Origin: an archaeon
GTDB lineage: Archaea > Nanobdellota > Nanobdellia > Pacearchaeales > GW2011-AR1
NCBI GenBank assembly: GCA_043821945.1
Contig: JBDRCH010000002.1
Location: 141 to 64,140 of the forward strand
Reading direction: 5' to 3'
Length of the DNA stretch: 64,000 nucleotides
The notes below the pieces were generated by a model. The model was not told the DNA's origin. It ran no database searches and saw only the letters and a program-made list of their open reading frames with translations. Made by a program: the position numbers and the translations under genes. Below, piece by piece: positions 1 through 10,559 of the stretch (positions are counted from its first letter, which is position 1; every line of letters starts with the position of its first letter).

Positions 1-157
1 TTTCTTTTTTAGTAGTTATAATCATTTATATATAATCATCTTTTCTTATCGTTGTTAATATTAAATTTAAATTAAATTCCATAAGAAATCATACTGTGAG
101 AGATGTGTCTTTTGATGATTTTGAATCTTTGGAATTGAGTACATTATAAAAAAGAAA

Positions 158-1378
158 ATGGTTGGAGAACTTAATGAAATTTTTGATTCATTTGTAAATG
201 AAAGAGGGGTGTTTAAAGATAAGTCTATTCTGCAAACAAATCATAAACCTGAAGATATCCTTCATAGAATGGATCAAATTAAGCAAGTAGCTTCTATTCT
301 TGCTCCTGTTTTGAGAGGAGAGAGAACAAGTAATTTATTTCTTTATGGAAAAACAGGTACTGGAAAAACCCTTTCTATTAATTATGTTCGTGATGAACTT
401 CTTAAAAGAGCTAAACAAAATTCGAGTATTAATTTGAATATAATTTATCTTAATTGTAAACTAAAAAAGGTTTCAGATACAGAATATAGGATTTTGGCAG
501 AAATTATTAAAAAATTAAAAGGTAATGTTCCTACTACAGGTTTACCAACTGAGGCTGTTTATAGTAAGTTTATAGAGATAATTGATTCAAAAAAACAATT
601 ACTTGTATTAATTCTTGATGAAATTGATCAGACTACAAAGAAAATTTCAAGTGATTTTTTATATAATCTAACTAGACTCAATACTGAATTATCAAAAACT
701 CAAATTTGTATTGTTGGAATTAGTAATGATTTGACTTTTTTAGATGAAATTGATCCAAGAGTTAGAAGCTCTCTTTCTGAAGAAGAGATTATTTTCCCCC
801 CATACAATGCCTTGCAATTACAAGAGATTTTAAATAAAAGAGCAGAAGTAGCTTTTTTAGAGAAAGTTCTTCAAGAGGGTGTTGTTGCTAAATGCGCTGC
901 TTTTGCTGCAAGAGAGCATGGTGATGCAAGAAGAGCGATAGATCTATTAAGAATTGCTGGAGAATTAGCAGAGAGAGATAATTCAAAAAAGATTCTTCTA
1001 AAACATATTGATGAGGCTAATGAAAAAATTGAAAGAGATAAAATTTTAGATGTTATCCAATCAGAACCAAAACAATTTCAATTTGTTTTATATTCAATTA
1101 TTAAATTATCTGAAAAACAAAAAGAAAGCCCTATTTTTACAGGGGATATTTATAATTTTTATCAAGATTTATGCATAAAAAATAAATCAGAAGTTTTAAC
1201 CCAAAGAAGAGTTAGTGATATAATTCAAGAATTTGATATGTTAGGAATTATTAATGTAAGAGTTATTTCAAAAGGAAGGGGTGGAAGAATGAGAGAAATT
1301 AAATTAGCTATCACAAAAACTATTACTGAGAAAGCAAAAAGAATCATAGAAGATTCTTTAAATTGCTTTTATACTTAA
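158..1378 (+). CDS. cdc6: Orc1/Cdc6 replication initiator (AAA+ ATPase plus winged helix)
   Basis: 406 aa. Walker A GKTGTGKT, Walker B LVLILDEID, GDARRAIDLLR sensor region. Directly upstream of PolD genes. Confidence 0.9.
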   Translation: MVGELNEIFDSFVNERGVFKDKSILQTNHKPEDILHRMDQIKQVASILAPVLRGERTSNLFLYGKTGTGKTLSINYVRDELLKRAKQNSSINLNIIYLNCKLKKVSDTEYRILAEIIKKLKGNVPTTGLPTEAVYSKFIEIIDSKKQLLVLILDEIDQTTKKISSDFLYNLTRLNTELSKTQICIVGISNDLTFLDEIDPRVRSSLSEEEIIFPPYNALQLQEILNKRAEVAFLEKVLQEGVVAKCAAFAAREHGDARRAIDLLRIAGELAERDNSKKILLKHIDEANEKIERDKILDVIQSEPKQFQFVLYSIIKLSEKQKESPIFTGDIYNFYQDLCIKNKSEVLTQRRVSDIIQEFDMLGIINVRVISKGRGGRMREIKLAITKTITEKAKRIIEDSLNCFYT

Positions 1379-1379
1379 A

Positions 1380-2957
1380 ATGGATTCAAAAGAAATCTTG
1401 AATTTTTGTTTAAAAAAGGGTTTTTTGTTAGACAAAGAAATTTTAAATTTATTTAGTGAAACAGAAGATATAGAATCTGTAAAATTAATTCTCGAAAAGA
1501 TAACTCATTCTACTAGGCAAAAGATTATTACTAAGAGCTTTTTTTATAATAATAAAAATAATGTTAGTAACCTTTTTTCTAATCTTCCTGAAGAAAAACA
1601 AAAAAAACTTGAAAAATTAAAAATTAATCTTGGTTTAAGTATTGAAATTTCAAGTGAAGAAGAAATTAATGACTCTTTTAAAAAAACTCAAAATCTTCCG
1701 AAGAATGAAGGAGAATTTTTCAATTTGAAAATTATGACTTCAAATCTCATTGAAGGAAAAAAACTAGAAGTAGGGGATTTTGTTAAATATTTTAGAAATA
1801 GGTTCTCTAGGATGAGGGATGTCTTACAAGAACATTCTGAGTTAAATAATGTTGTTTCTATTAATAAAATATCTCATGAGAGACAAGGAATTTCAATTAT
1901 TGGACTTATTTCTGAAAAGAGGGTTACAAAGAACAAAAATATTATTTTTGAAGTAGAAGATTTAACAGGAAAAATTAAGATTTTAATAAATAAAGATAAA
2001 TCTGATCTTTATAAAAAGGCAGAAGAGATCTCTTTAGATAGTGTTATTGGTTTTAAGGGTTCTGGAAGCAGAGAATTTTTCTTTGCTAGTGATATTGTTT
2101 TTCCTGATTCAGTTATATTTGAAAGAAAAAATTCACCTGTTGAAGAATATACTTTATTTTTAGGAGATCTTCATTTTGGAAGTAAATTATTTTTAGAAAA
2201 GAATTTCTTAAAATTTATTGATTATTTAAATGGAAAGGTTCCTAATACTCCTGAAGTTGATAAAATTAAATATTTATTCATTGTTGGTGATTTAATCACC
2301 GGAGTGGGTGTTTATCCTGGCCAAGAAGAAGATTTGAAGATAAATGATCTTGAAGAGCAATTTATTCTTATTTCAGAATTATTATCTAAAATAAGAAAAG
2401 ATATTAAGATTATTATTTCGCCTGGAAACCATGAAGGAGTTAGACTTATGGAGCCCCAACCATTATTTGATGAAAAATATGCGTGGCCTCTTTATAATTT
2501 AAAAAATGTTGTTTTAACAGAAAATCCTTGCAATGTCAAAATAGGAATTCAAAAAAACTTTCCTGGTTTTGATATTTTGACTTATCATGGTTTTTCTTTT
2601 CCTTTTTATGCAAATAATGTTCCAAATTTAATGTTAAAAAAATCAATGAATAATCCAGAGGAAATTATGAAATATCTTTTGAAAAATCGACATTTAGCCC
2701 CTGTACATACATCTACCCAGTATTTTCCTTTTAATGAAAAAGATACTCATTTTATTGAAAATGTACCTGATATTTTTGTGTCTGCACACACTCATAAAAG
2801 TGCTGTTTCTTATTATAATAATATTTTAATTATCTCAACTTCTTGTTGGGAATCAATGACTCCTTATCAAGAGAAGTTTGGAAATAAACCAGATCATTGT
2901 AAAGTTCCAATGTTTAATTTAAAGACAAGAGCAATGAAAATTCTTGATTTTGAGTGA
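1380..2957 (+). CDS. polD1: DNA polymerase II (PolD) small subunit DP1
   Basis: 525 aa. Mre11/calcineurin-like phosphoesterase motifs GDLHFGS, VGDLITG, PGNHE and AHTH after an OB-like middle region. Confidence 0.85.
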   Translation: MDSKEILNFCLKKGFLLDKEILNLFSETEDIESVKLILEKITHSTRQKIITKSFFYNNKNNVSNLFSNLPEEKQKKLEKLKINLGLSIEISSEEEINDSFKKTQNLPKNEGEFFNLKIMTSNLIEGKKLEVGDFVKYFRNRFSRMRDVLQEHSELNNVVSINKISHERQGISIIGLISEKRVTKNKNIIFEVEDLTGKIKILINKDKSDLYKKAEEISLDSVIGFKGSGSREFFFASDIVFPDSVIFERKNSPVEEYTLFLGDLHFGSKLFLEKNFLKFIDYLNGKVPNTPEVDKIKYLFIVGDLITGVGVYPGQEEDLKINDLEEQFILISELLSKIRKDIKIIISPGNHEGVRLMEPQPLFDEKYAWPLYNLKNVVLTENPCNVKIGIQKNFPGFDILTYHGFSFPFYANNVPNLMLKKSMNNPEEIMKYLLKNRHLAPVHTSTQYFPFNEKDTHFIENVPDIFVSAHTHKSAVSYYNNILIISTSCWESMTPYQEKFGNKPDHCKVPMFNLKTRAMKILDFE

Positions 2958-3009
2958 TTATGTAATTGAGTGTAGAAATAGATAAAAGGAGAAGAGAATT
3001 TATTTTATA

Positions 3010-3981
3010 ATGGAAATGATTGATAGGGTTTATGGGAAAGAAGAAATTAAGGAAAGTGTTTTAATTGATTTAATTAATTCAAATGTTGTTCAAAGATTAA
3101 AAGGTATTTCTCAATTAGGAATGCCTGATGAATATTATCATAAAAAAGGTTATTCAAGATATGAGCATTCAATAGGTGTTTTGATTTTGCTGAGAAAATT
3201 AAACGCAGATTTAACTGAGCAAATAGCTGGCCTTTTACATGATGTTTCACATACTGCTTTTTCTCATGTTGTTGATTGGGTTTTAGGAGATCCTACTAAA
3301 GAAGATTACCAAGATAATCATTTTTCAGAGGTTTTTTTTAATTCAAATATCCCAAAAATTTTAGATAAGTATGGTTTTGATTCTTCGAAAATTTCTAATA
3401 TTGAAAGTTTTTCTTTATTAGAAAGAAGAGCTCCAAATTTGTGTGTTGATAGGATTGATTATACTTTGAGGGAGTTAGAATTTTTGGGAAAATCAGAAAT
3501 TGTAAAAAGAATATTAAATGATTTAACAACTAAAAACGGGCGAGTTGTATTTCAAGGTTTTAGAGTTGCAGAAGATTTTGCAAATGAATATATGAATCTT
3601 CAAAACGAACATTGGGCTGGAAATGAAGCAAGAGCAAGGTATTACATCTTAGCTAGTGTTTTAAAAAAAGGATTAGAAAATGAAATAATTAATGTGAATG
3701 ATTTTATGAGGACAGATAATGAGGTTATTCAATTATTAAAAGAGACTAATAATGATTATATTTTAAATGGGTTGAGTTTACTTAAAAATTCTTTGAAGGT
3801 TTTAGAAGATGAAAAGGGAATTGAATTAAAAAAGAAGTTTAGATATATTAACCCTGAAGTTTTAATAAAAAATAGAATTGTTCCTTTGACAGAAATTTCT
3901 TTTGATTATAGGAATTTTTTAAAAAAAACAGAAAAAAATTCTAAGAATTATAAAAAAGTAAATATTATCGGATTTTATTAA
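3010..3981 (+). CDS. HD-domain metal-dependent phosphohydrolase
   Basis: 323 aa. RYEHSIGV...GLLHDVSHTAFSH is a classic H...HD signature. Lies between the two PolD subunit genes. Confidence 0.7.
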   Translation: MEMIDRVYGKEEIKESVLIDLINSNVVQRLKGISQLGMPDEYYHKKGYSRYEHSIGVLILLRKLNADLTEQIAGLLHDVSHTAFSHVVDWVLGDPTKEDYQDNHFSEVFFNSNIPKILDKYGFDSSKISNIESFSLLERRAPNLCVDRIDYTLRELEFLGKSEIVKRILNDLTTKNGRVVFQGFRVAEDFANEYMNLQNEHWAGNEARARYYILASVLKKGLENEIINVNDFMRTDNEVIQLLKETNNDYILNGLSLLKNSLKVLEDEKGIELKKKFRYINPEVLIKNRIVPLTEISFDYRNFLKKTEKNSKNYKKVNIIGFY

Positions 3982-3982
3982 A

Positions 3983-6900
3983 ATGAATACTCAAAAATAT
4001 TTTAAAGAACTTGAAAAAAATGTTAAGAAAGTTTATGAGGTGGTTGGTGAAGCAAGAGCGAAGGGTTTAGATCCTGTTGATAAGGTGGAGATTCCCTTGG
4101 CAATGAGTATGGCTGAGAAGTGTGTTGAGTTGATTGCTACTGTTTATCCTCAGATGAGTGGCTGTGGTATTGATAAGAGAATGCTTGAATTAGAGGAAAA
4201 ATATGGTAAGCTTGATACAACAATTGTATTTATAATTGCTGAAGAAGTCGCAAAACAAAAATTTTGCAAGTTTAGGAGTTTATTAGAGGCAATTGATGCA
4301 GGAATTAGATTAGGTTTTGCTTATGCAACTATTGGTGTTGTAGCTTCTCCTATTGAAGGTTATACTGAATTGAAGATTGAAAAAACAAGAGAAGGGAAAG
4401 AATATTTCAAGGCTTATTTTTCAGGGCCAATAAGAAGTGCAGGAACAACTGCTTCTTGTGTTGTTTTAATGTTGATTGATTATTTGAGAGAATTATTTGG
4501 ATATGAAAGATATGATCCAAGCGAGGAAGAAATTAAAAGATATGTTACTGAGAACACTGATTATCATGAAAGAGTTACTAATTTGCAATATTTCCCTTTA
4601 GAAGAAGAAATGGAATTTTTAGCTAGACATTTACCTATTCAAATTGCCGGAGAGCCTACAGAAAGAATAGAAGTTTCTAATTATAAAAATCTGGATAGAG
4701 TTGAGACTAATTTTATTCGGGGAGGAATGTGTTTGATTTTTTCAGAAGGTTTGGCGCAAAAAGCCGCAAAAGGTTTTAGATTATTAAATAGTGCAAAGAA
4801 GAACGGAATTCATTCAACAGGTTTTGATTGGATCTCTGAATATCTTGAATTGCATGAAAAATTGACAAGTGCTAAGGGAAAGAGGGCTGGAGATAGTGTT
4901 CCAGTTTATATTAAAGATTTAGTTGCAGGAAGACCTGTTTTTGGACATCCATCAAGATCAGGTGGTTTTAGATTTAGATATGGAAGAGGAAGAGTTAGTG
5001 GTTTTAGTGCTGTTTCCTTGCATCCAGCTACAATGGCAATCACAGATTCTTTTATTGCTACAGGAACCCAATTAAAGATAGAAAAACCTACTAAGGGTTG
5101 CGTTACTACTGTTTGTGATGTGATTGAAGGACCTATTGTCAAGTTGATTAATGGGAGTGTAAAAAAACTCAAAAATCTTGAAGAAACAAAAAAAATCTAT
5201 TCTTCTGTTGAAGAAATTATTTATTTAGGAGATATTTTATTTCCTTTTAGTGATGTATTAAATAGAAATGCTTCATTACCTAAAGCAGGTTATGTTGAAG
5301 AGTGGTGGAATTTAGATTTAATGAAAAAAGGAGGTAAAGTTGAAGATTATTTTGATATTTCTTTTGAAGATGCTTTTCAAATAAGTAAAAAATATGAAAT
5401 TCCTTTACATCCCAGATTTATTTTTTATTGGACTGAAATAAATAAGGAGCAGTTTTTAGGATTAATTGAATGGTTGAAAAATTCAAGAATAGATAAGAAG
5501 ATTATTTTTCCATACAATAAAACAGAAAAAGAAAAATTTGAAAGAGGAAAAAGAGCACTTGAATTGTTGGGTGTTGAGCACGAGGTTACTATTGAAAATG
5601 TTGTTTTAAATGAAGAATATAGTAAGGCATTGTTTTTGAATCTAGGAATTGATTTGAAAGTATTAGAAAAAGAAAATTTTTTTCTTAGAGAAATTATCAA
5701 AGAAGAGAATTATAATCTTGATAAAAGTGTTTTGGAGATCCTTAATCTCTTTTCTAGTTTTGAAATAAAAGATAAGGCTGGAGATTTTATTGGTGCGAGA
5801 ATGGGAAGACCTGAAAAAGCTAAGCTTAGAAAATTGACTGGTAGCCCACATGTTTTATTTCCAGTAGGTGCAGAAGGAGGAAGGCTAAGAAGTTTACAGG
5901 CTGCTTGTGAGGTTGGTCATGTTAAAAGTAGTTTTCCGATTTATTTTTGTGAAAAATGTGGTAATGAAACAATTTACCCTCTTTGTGAGAATTGTGAAAC
6001 AAAAACTAAAAAGATGTTTTATTTTTATGATACTAAGGAAAAGAGTTTTGAAAAAATAAAAGAAGAATCTGAAAAAGAAGGACAACCCTATTGTTATCAA
6101 TCATTAGATATAAATCATTATTTTAATAAAGCAAAAGAAAAATTAGGTTTGATTAATCAAGAAATTCCTCTGTTGATAAAAGGAATTCGGGGAACATCTT
6201 CTGGGGAACATGTAATGGAAAATCTTGCAAAAGGAATTTTAAGAGCAACTTATGATCTGCAGGTTAATAAGGATGGAACAATTAGATTTGATGCGACTGA
6301 ATTACCTTTGGTTTCTTTTAAGCCTAAAGAAATATCTGTAGATGTGAAAAGGTTAAAAGAACTGGGTTATGAAAAAGATGTTTATGGAAAAGATCTTGTT
6401 GATGAAAATCAAATTTTAGAATTAAAACCTCATGATATTTTATTACCTAGTTCGCCTGAGACTCTTGATGAAAGAGCTGATGATGTTTTTATTAAAGTTT
6501 GTAATTTTGTGGATGATTTACTTGTTAGGTTTTATGGTTTAAAACCTTTTTATAATGTGAAAAAAAGAGGAGATTTAGTTGGAAAGTTGGGTGTTTGCAT
6601 GGCTCCTCATAATTGTGCAGGAGTTATTTGCAGATTTATTGGTTTTTCAAATTCTCTTGGTTTATTTGCAAGTCCTTATATGCATGCTGCAATTAGAAGA
6701 GATTGTGATGGTGATGAAGCTGCAATTATGCTCTTGGGAGATGTGTTATTAAATTTTTCAAGAAAGTTTTTACCTTCACATCGTGGAGGAACTCAAGATG
6801 CTCCTTTAGTTTTGAATGCAAAGATAAATGCTGGAGAAGTTGATGATGCTATTTTGGATTTTGAATTTGTTAATGAGTATCCTCTGGAACTTTATGAATT

Positions 6901-7456
6901 TGCAGAACGGAGAAAACACTCTTCTGAGGTCAAAGGAATTAGGATTGTCAAGGATATCTTGAGAGAAGGAGGAAATCCTTTCGTTGATGTTGGATTTACT
7001 CATAACACCTCTGATTTTAATAAAGGTGTTGTGTGTTCTTCTTACAAATTATTAGGAGCAATGTCTGAAAAAGTTCAACATCAAATGGAACTTGCTGAAA
7101 AACTTAGATCTGCTGATACTTCTGATACTGCAAGATTGATTATTGAAAGGCATTTTTTAAGAGATATGCGTGGTAATTTGAGGAAGTTTTCAATGCAGGG
7201 TTTTAGGTGTGTTGCTTGTAATGAAATTATGAGAAGACCCCCTCTGAGAGGAGTGTGTTCAAAGTGCAGAGGTAAAATAATATTTACAATCCATGAAGGG
7301 GGAATTAAAAAATATCTTGAACTTTCATTAGAGTTAGCTGAAAAATATAATCTGTCAAATTATCTTAAGCAAAGCATTGATTTGACAAAAAGATATATTG
7401 ATAGTATTTTTGGAAAGGAGTTGGAGAAACAGAAAAAGATTGAGGAGTGGTTTTGA
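3983..7456 (+). CDS. polD2: DNA polymerase II (PolD) large catalytic subunit DP2
   Basis: 1157 aa. Conserved GARMGRPEKA and RRDCDGDEAA motifs, internal and C-terminal Cys4 zinc clusters (CEKCGN..CENC; CVACN..CSKCRG). No intein-like insertion seen. Confidence 0.9.
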   Translation: MNTQKYFKELEKNVKKVYEVVGEARAKGLDPVDKVEIPLAMSMAEKCVELIATVYPQMSGCGIDKRMLELEEKYGKLDTTIVFIIAEEVAKQKFCKFRSLLEAIDAGIRLGFAYATIGVVASPIEGYTELKIEKTREGKEYFKAYFSGPIRSAGTTASCVVLMLIDYLRELFGYERYDPSEEEIKRYVTENTDYHERVTNLQYFPLEEEMEFLARHLPIQIAGEPTERIEVSNYKNLDRVETNFIRGGMCLIFSEGLAQKAAKGFRLLNSAKKNGIHSTGFDWISEYLELHEKLTSAKGKRAGDSVPVYIKDLVAGRPVFGHPSRSGGFRFRYGRGRVSGFSAVSLHPATMAITDSFIATGTQLKIEKPTKGCVTTVCDVIEGPIVKLINGSVKKLKNLEETKKIYSSVEEIIYLGDILFPFSDVLNRNASLPKAGYVEEWWNLDLMKKGGKVEDYFDISFEDAFQISKKYEIPLHPRFIFYWTEINKEQFLGLIEWLKNSRIDKKIIFPYNKTEKEKFERGKRALELLGVEHEVTIENVVLNEEYSKALFLNLGIDLKVLEKENFFLREIIKEENYNLDKSVLEILNLFSSFEIKDKAGDFIGARMGRPEKAKLRKLTGSPHVLFPVGAEGGRLRSLQAACEVGHVKSSFPIYFCEKCGNETIYPLCENCETKTKKMFYFYDTKEKSFEKIKEESEKEGQPYCYQSLDINHYFNKAKEKLGLINQEIPLLIKGIRGTSSGEHVMENLAKGILRATYDLQVNKDGTIRFDATELPLVSFKPKEISVDVKRLKELGYEKDVYGKDLVDENQILELKPHDILLPSSPETLDERADDVFIKVCNFVDDLLVRFYGLKPFYNVKKRGDLVGKLGVCMAPHNCAGVICRFIGFSNSLGLFASPYMHAAIRRDCDGDEAAIMLLGDVLLNFSRKFLPSHRGGTQDAPLVLNAKINAGEVDDAILDFEFVNEYPLELYEFAERRKHSSEVKGIRIVKDILREGGNPFVDVGFTHNTSDFNKGVVCSSYKLLGAMSEKVQHQMELAEKLRSADTSDTARLIIERHFLRDMRGNLRKFSMQGFRCVACNEIMRRPPLRGVCSKCRGKIIFTIHEGGIKKYLELSLELAEKYNLSNYLKQSIDLTKRYIDSIFGKELEKQKKIEEWF

Positions 7457-7503
7457 GTATTATAGATTAGCAATCTTTTAAAACTCTTTTTTTGTTTTGA
7501 TTT

Positions 7504-8544
7504 ATGGTTGTTTATGAAATTAAGATTTATGGGCGAGTTCAAGGAACTGGATTTAGGAAAAAGATAAAAAAGTTTTGTGATAATTTAAATTTAAATGGAA
7601 GTGTTGAGAATTTATCTAATGGAAGTGCTATAGTTTTTTTAGAATGTGATGAAATTTCTTTTGGAAAATTTAATAATTTTTTAAAATCAGGAAAGGGTTT
7701 AATTAAAGTAAATAATTTTGAATTTAAGAAAATAGATTATTCAGAGAATTTTAGCGGATTTAAAATAAAAAAAAGACAAAATTTTTTAATAGATCAAATT
7801 CAAAGTTTTGTTAATCTATTTAAATATTTCTTTGGTGTTGGTTATGTAAGAAATTATCTTCTAAAAATTCCTTCTCATGTAGCCATTATTCCTGATGGAA
7901 ATCGGAGATGGGCAAGGAGATTGGGAATGAATCCTAGTGAGGGGCATAAAAAATCTGCTCAAGAAGAAAGTTACAAGCCTCTTCTTGTAGAAGCTGAAAA
8001 ATTAGGAATTAAATATCTTAGTTTGTGGCTTTTTTCTACTGAAAATTGGAAGAGAAGCGAGGAAGAGAAAAAAGTTCTTTTTGATTTGTTGCTGAATTCT
8101 TTTGAGAATCTTAAAGAAAACTTTCATAAAAATAAAATTAGGTTTAGACATCTTGGAAGAAAAGATAGATTACCAAGAGAGCTTTTGGATAAACTCAATT
8201 TATTAGAGAAAGAGACTAAGAATTATTCTGTTTTTAATATTCAGTTTTTGATAGATTATGGAGGAAGAGATGAAATTTTGAGAGCTGTTAATAATATTAT
8301 TAAGAAAGAGAAAAAAATAGATGAAGAGGGATTTAAGAGATATCTTGATACAAAAAATGTTCCTGATCCTGATTTTATAATCCGAACTTCTGGTGAGAAA
8401 AGACTTTCTGGATTAATGCCTTATCAAGGAGTTTATTCTGAACTTTATTTTACAAGAAAACACTTTCCTTGTTTTAAACCTAGAGATTTAAGAAAGGCCG
8501 TCATGAGTTTTGGGAAAAGAGAAAGAAGATTTGGTGGAAAGTGA
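7504..8544 (+). CDS. uppS: Acylphosphatase-like domain fused to undecaprenyl/cis-prenyl diphosphate synthase
   Basis: N-terminus VYEIKIYGRVQGTGFRKK matches the acylphosphatase signature. From about aa 125, HVAIIPDGNRRWA, WLFSTENWKR and IRTSGEKRLSG are UppS motifs. Confidence 0.75.
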   Translation: MVVYEIKIYGRVQGTGFRKKIKKFCDNLNLNGSVENLSNGSAIVFLECDEISFGKFNNFLKSGKGLIKVNNFEFKKIDYSENFSGFKIKKRQNFLIDQIQSFVNLFKYFFGVGYVRNYLLKIPSHVAIIPDGNRRWARRLGMNPSEGHKKSAQEESYKPLLVEAEKLGIKYLSLWLFSTENWKRSEEEKKVLFDLLLNSFENLKENFHKNKIRFRHLGRKDRLPRELLDKLNLLEKETKNYSVFNIQFLIDYGGRDEILRAVNNIIKKEKKIDEEGFKRYLDTKNVPDPDFIIRTSGEKRLSGLMPYQGVYSELYFTRKHFPCFKPRDLRKAVMSFGKRERRFGGK

Positions 8545-8545
8545 A

Positions 8546-9733
8546 TTAAATCAAATATAAGATAATAGTCGGAATTAACAAACACCCCATCATATTTGTT
8601 CGACGTACTTTTAGTGAGATTGAATAAATCCCTGTTAGTGTAGAGATTGTTAACATTAAAACTCCTAAAAATCCTGAGACAAGAAATATAATTATTATTA
8701 AACTTAAGAGAATAATTATTGAAAGGGTTGTATAATTTATTTTTGTTATTTTTTGTGAAAAGAATTGTGTTAATATTTTTGTTAAAAAAAATGAAATTAT
8801 TCCTGATAGGAGAATCACCCCAAGAAGGAGAATTAAGATATTTGTTTCCAATTTTCCAATTATTTCTTGAACTGCAACTGCTGCACCTGTTCGAGTCTTT
8901 GAAATTATGTAAAGAGAAATAAATGAAAAACCCATAACCAAAGTGTTTGTTGCTCCGAGTAAAATTAGAAATCCTCTTTGATCGGTTTTTGCAATTGTGC
9001 TTCCGATAATTGCTGCTTGTCCTGCACCTAAGCCTGGAAGAAAACTGCATAAAGGAGAGGCAATTAATGAACCTAAGAATGGCTTTATTGAGGTTATTTT
9101 TGGTTTTGTTATTTTTTGTTCTGGAATTTGAATTTTATTTTTAATACTCATAACTAACATTGAACTGCCAAATAAACCAGTCAATAATGGGAGAAGGGGT
9201 TGGTTTAAGTTTGGAAAATTTAAAATAAGATATCCTAAAATTCCTGTAAGTAAGAACACAAAAAGAGATTTTATTTTTTTTCTTTCAAGAGATATTAGGG
9301 TAATTGAGATTAATATTAAAAAATAAGGAATTAATTTTCTAATGGATTCATAAATTTTAGAAATTATTAAAATTGAAGGAAATGCAATTAGAATTAAAAT
9401 AAAGATCGCTGCAAGACTTCCGTAACAAGTTAGAATTGTCGCTTCATAACCTAAACCTCTTTTGAGAAGTTCATGACCTGGTAAGATGGATAATTCAGTA
9501 TCTGTATCAGGGCAACCCAAAAATATTGAAGGAATAAAATCAATAAAAGTGTGGGCAATTGCCATTGCAACAATAAAAACACAGAAGTAAATCGAATTTA
9601 TTTGACTAAGAAATGAAACTGATAGAGAGACAAGAAAAACTCCAATTAAGTTTATATGAATTCCTGGGATTAGGCCTGTTAGAGTCCCGGCGAGAATACC
9701 TATGAAGAGTACGAGGGTAATTTGTATTAGCAT
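8546..9733 (-). CDS. Polytopic membrane protein, TctA/DUF112-like
   Basis: Many TM helices. GLIPGIHINLIG and SFLPGLGAGQAAIIGS resemble TctA motifs. Start moved to internal Met (MLIQITLV) to remove overlap with the divergent gene; the track start is 9835. Confidence 0.5.
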   Translation of the reverse strand: MLIQITLVLFIGILAGTLTGLIPGIHINLIGVFLVSLSVSFLSQINSIYFCVFIVAMAIAHTFIDFIPSIFLGCPDTDTELSILPGHELLKRGLGYEATILTCYGSLAAIFILILIAFPSILIISKIYESIRKLIPYFLILISITLISLERKKIKSLFVFLLTGILGYLILNFPNLNQPLLPLLTGLFGSSMLVMSIKNKIQIPEQKITKPKITSIKPFLGSLIASPLCSFLPGLGAGQAAIIGSTIAKTDQRGFLILLGATNTLVMGFSFISLYIISKTRTGAAVAVQEIIGKLETNILILLLGVILLSGIISFFLTKILTQFFSQKITKINYTTLSIIILLSLIIIIFLVSGFLGVLMLTISTLTGIYSISLKVRRTNMMGCLLIPTIILYLI

Positions 9734-9773
9734 TTTGGATACTTTTTTAAATGTTTTTTTCTTAAATAAATTT

Positions 9774-10559
9774 ATGTTGGATAAAGGATCTGTTGGAATT
9801 GGCATTATAATTGCTGTCGTGACTCTTTTGAGCATAGGGGGAGGTGTTCTTTTATTTAGGAGTGGAGAAAGTTTTGATGAATCAAAAGTGATTGAAGTTA
9901 ATTCAAATATAGAATCTTATAAGATCGAATCTAATTTTCAGATAGATTTTGATATAGGTTTTCAAGGTATACAAAGCTCTAGAAATTTTAATAAGATGGA
10001 GACTACTGGTTATGTGGATTTAAAAAATAAGAGACTTATTTTAGAAAGAATGCAGTCAGGAATAGAAGTTGAAATTGAAGATGGGAAAGAAAAAACAGAT
10101 GATTCTAGTTATAGGGGTAAAATGTTAGTTGAAAATAATCAGGTTACTGTTGAAGGGAGTAATTTTGATTCTGATGTTGAGGATATTTCTGGTTTAGATA
10201 AGTTTGAAGTAGTCTGGAGTAAACAACAAGATTATTTATTCAAATTATTAGGGATGGTTGAAGAAACAGAAATTGAGTCTAAAAAAATGGATGGGAAATA
10301 TTTAGTTGTTACTTATAAGCCCCCTTATGAATCTTTTTTGGATTTTGTTGACCCCCAATATTTTAGTATGGCTGAAGATGTGATTGAGGAACATTATCTT
10401 AAGATATGGATCGATAAAAATAACTTTGTTGTAAAAGACGAATTTTTTATGAATGTTAGTTTTGATTATTCAGGGGCCTCAATGGATTTGATGATGCATT
10501 TAATTAATGAAAGAACTGAAATTAACAAATATTTTTCTGATAAAGTTTTTGAGATATGA
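9774..10559 (+). CDS. Membrane-anchored/secreted hypothetical protein
   Basis: ATG at 9774 gives MLDKGSVGIGIIIAVVTLLSIGGGVLLF, an N-terminal anchor, followed by an acidic soluble domain. No recognised motifs. Confidence 0.5.
   Translation: MLDKGSVGIGIIIAVVTLLSIGGGVLLFRSGESFDESKVIEVNSNIESYKIESNFQIDFDIGFQGIQSSRNFNKMETTGYVDLKNKRLILERMQSGIEVEIEDGKEKTDDSSYRGKMLVENNQVTVEGSNFDSDVEDISGLDKFEVVWSKQQDYLFKLLGMVEETEIESKKMDGKYLVVTYKPPYESFLDFVDPQYFSMAEDVIEEHYLKIWIDKNNFVVKDEFFMNVSFDYSGASMDLMMHLINERTEINKYFSDKVFEI

Noticed and set aside
4906-7003. Minus-strand ORFs inside the PolD large subunit gene (4906..5172, 5425..5700, 5663..5851, 5894..6100, 6806..7003)
   Set aside because: They lie entirely antisense to a well-supported 1157-aa gene. 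Their low-complexity, Phe/Ile/Ser-rich translations are typical of shadow ORFs in AT-rich DNA.
8445-9050. 201-aa minus-strand ORF and 67-aa plus-strand ORF overlapping the TctA-like gene
   Set aside because: They are alternative frames of a convincing polytopic membrane gene. The translations are Asn/Ser/Arg-rich with no motifs.
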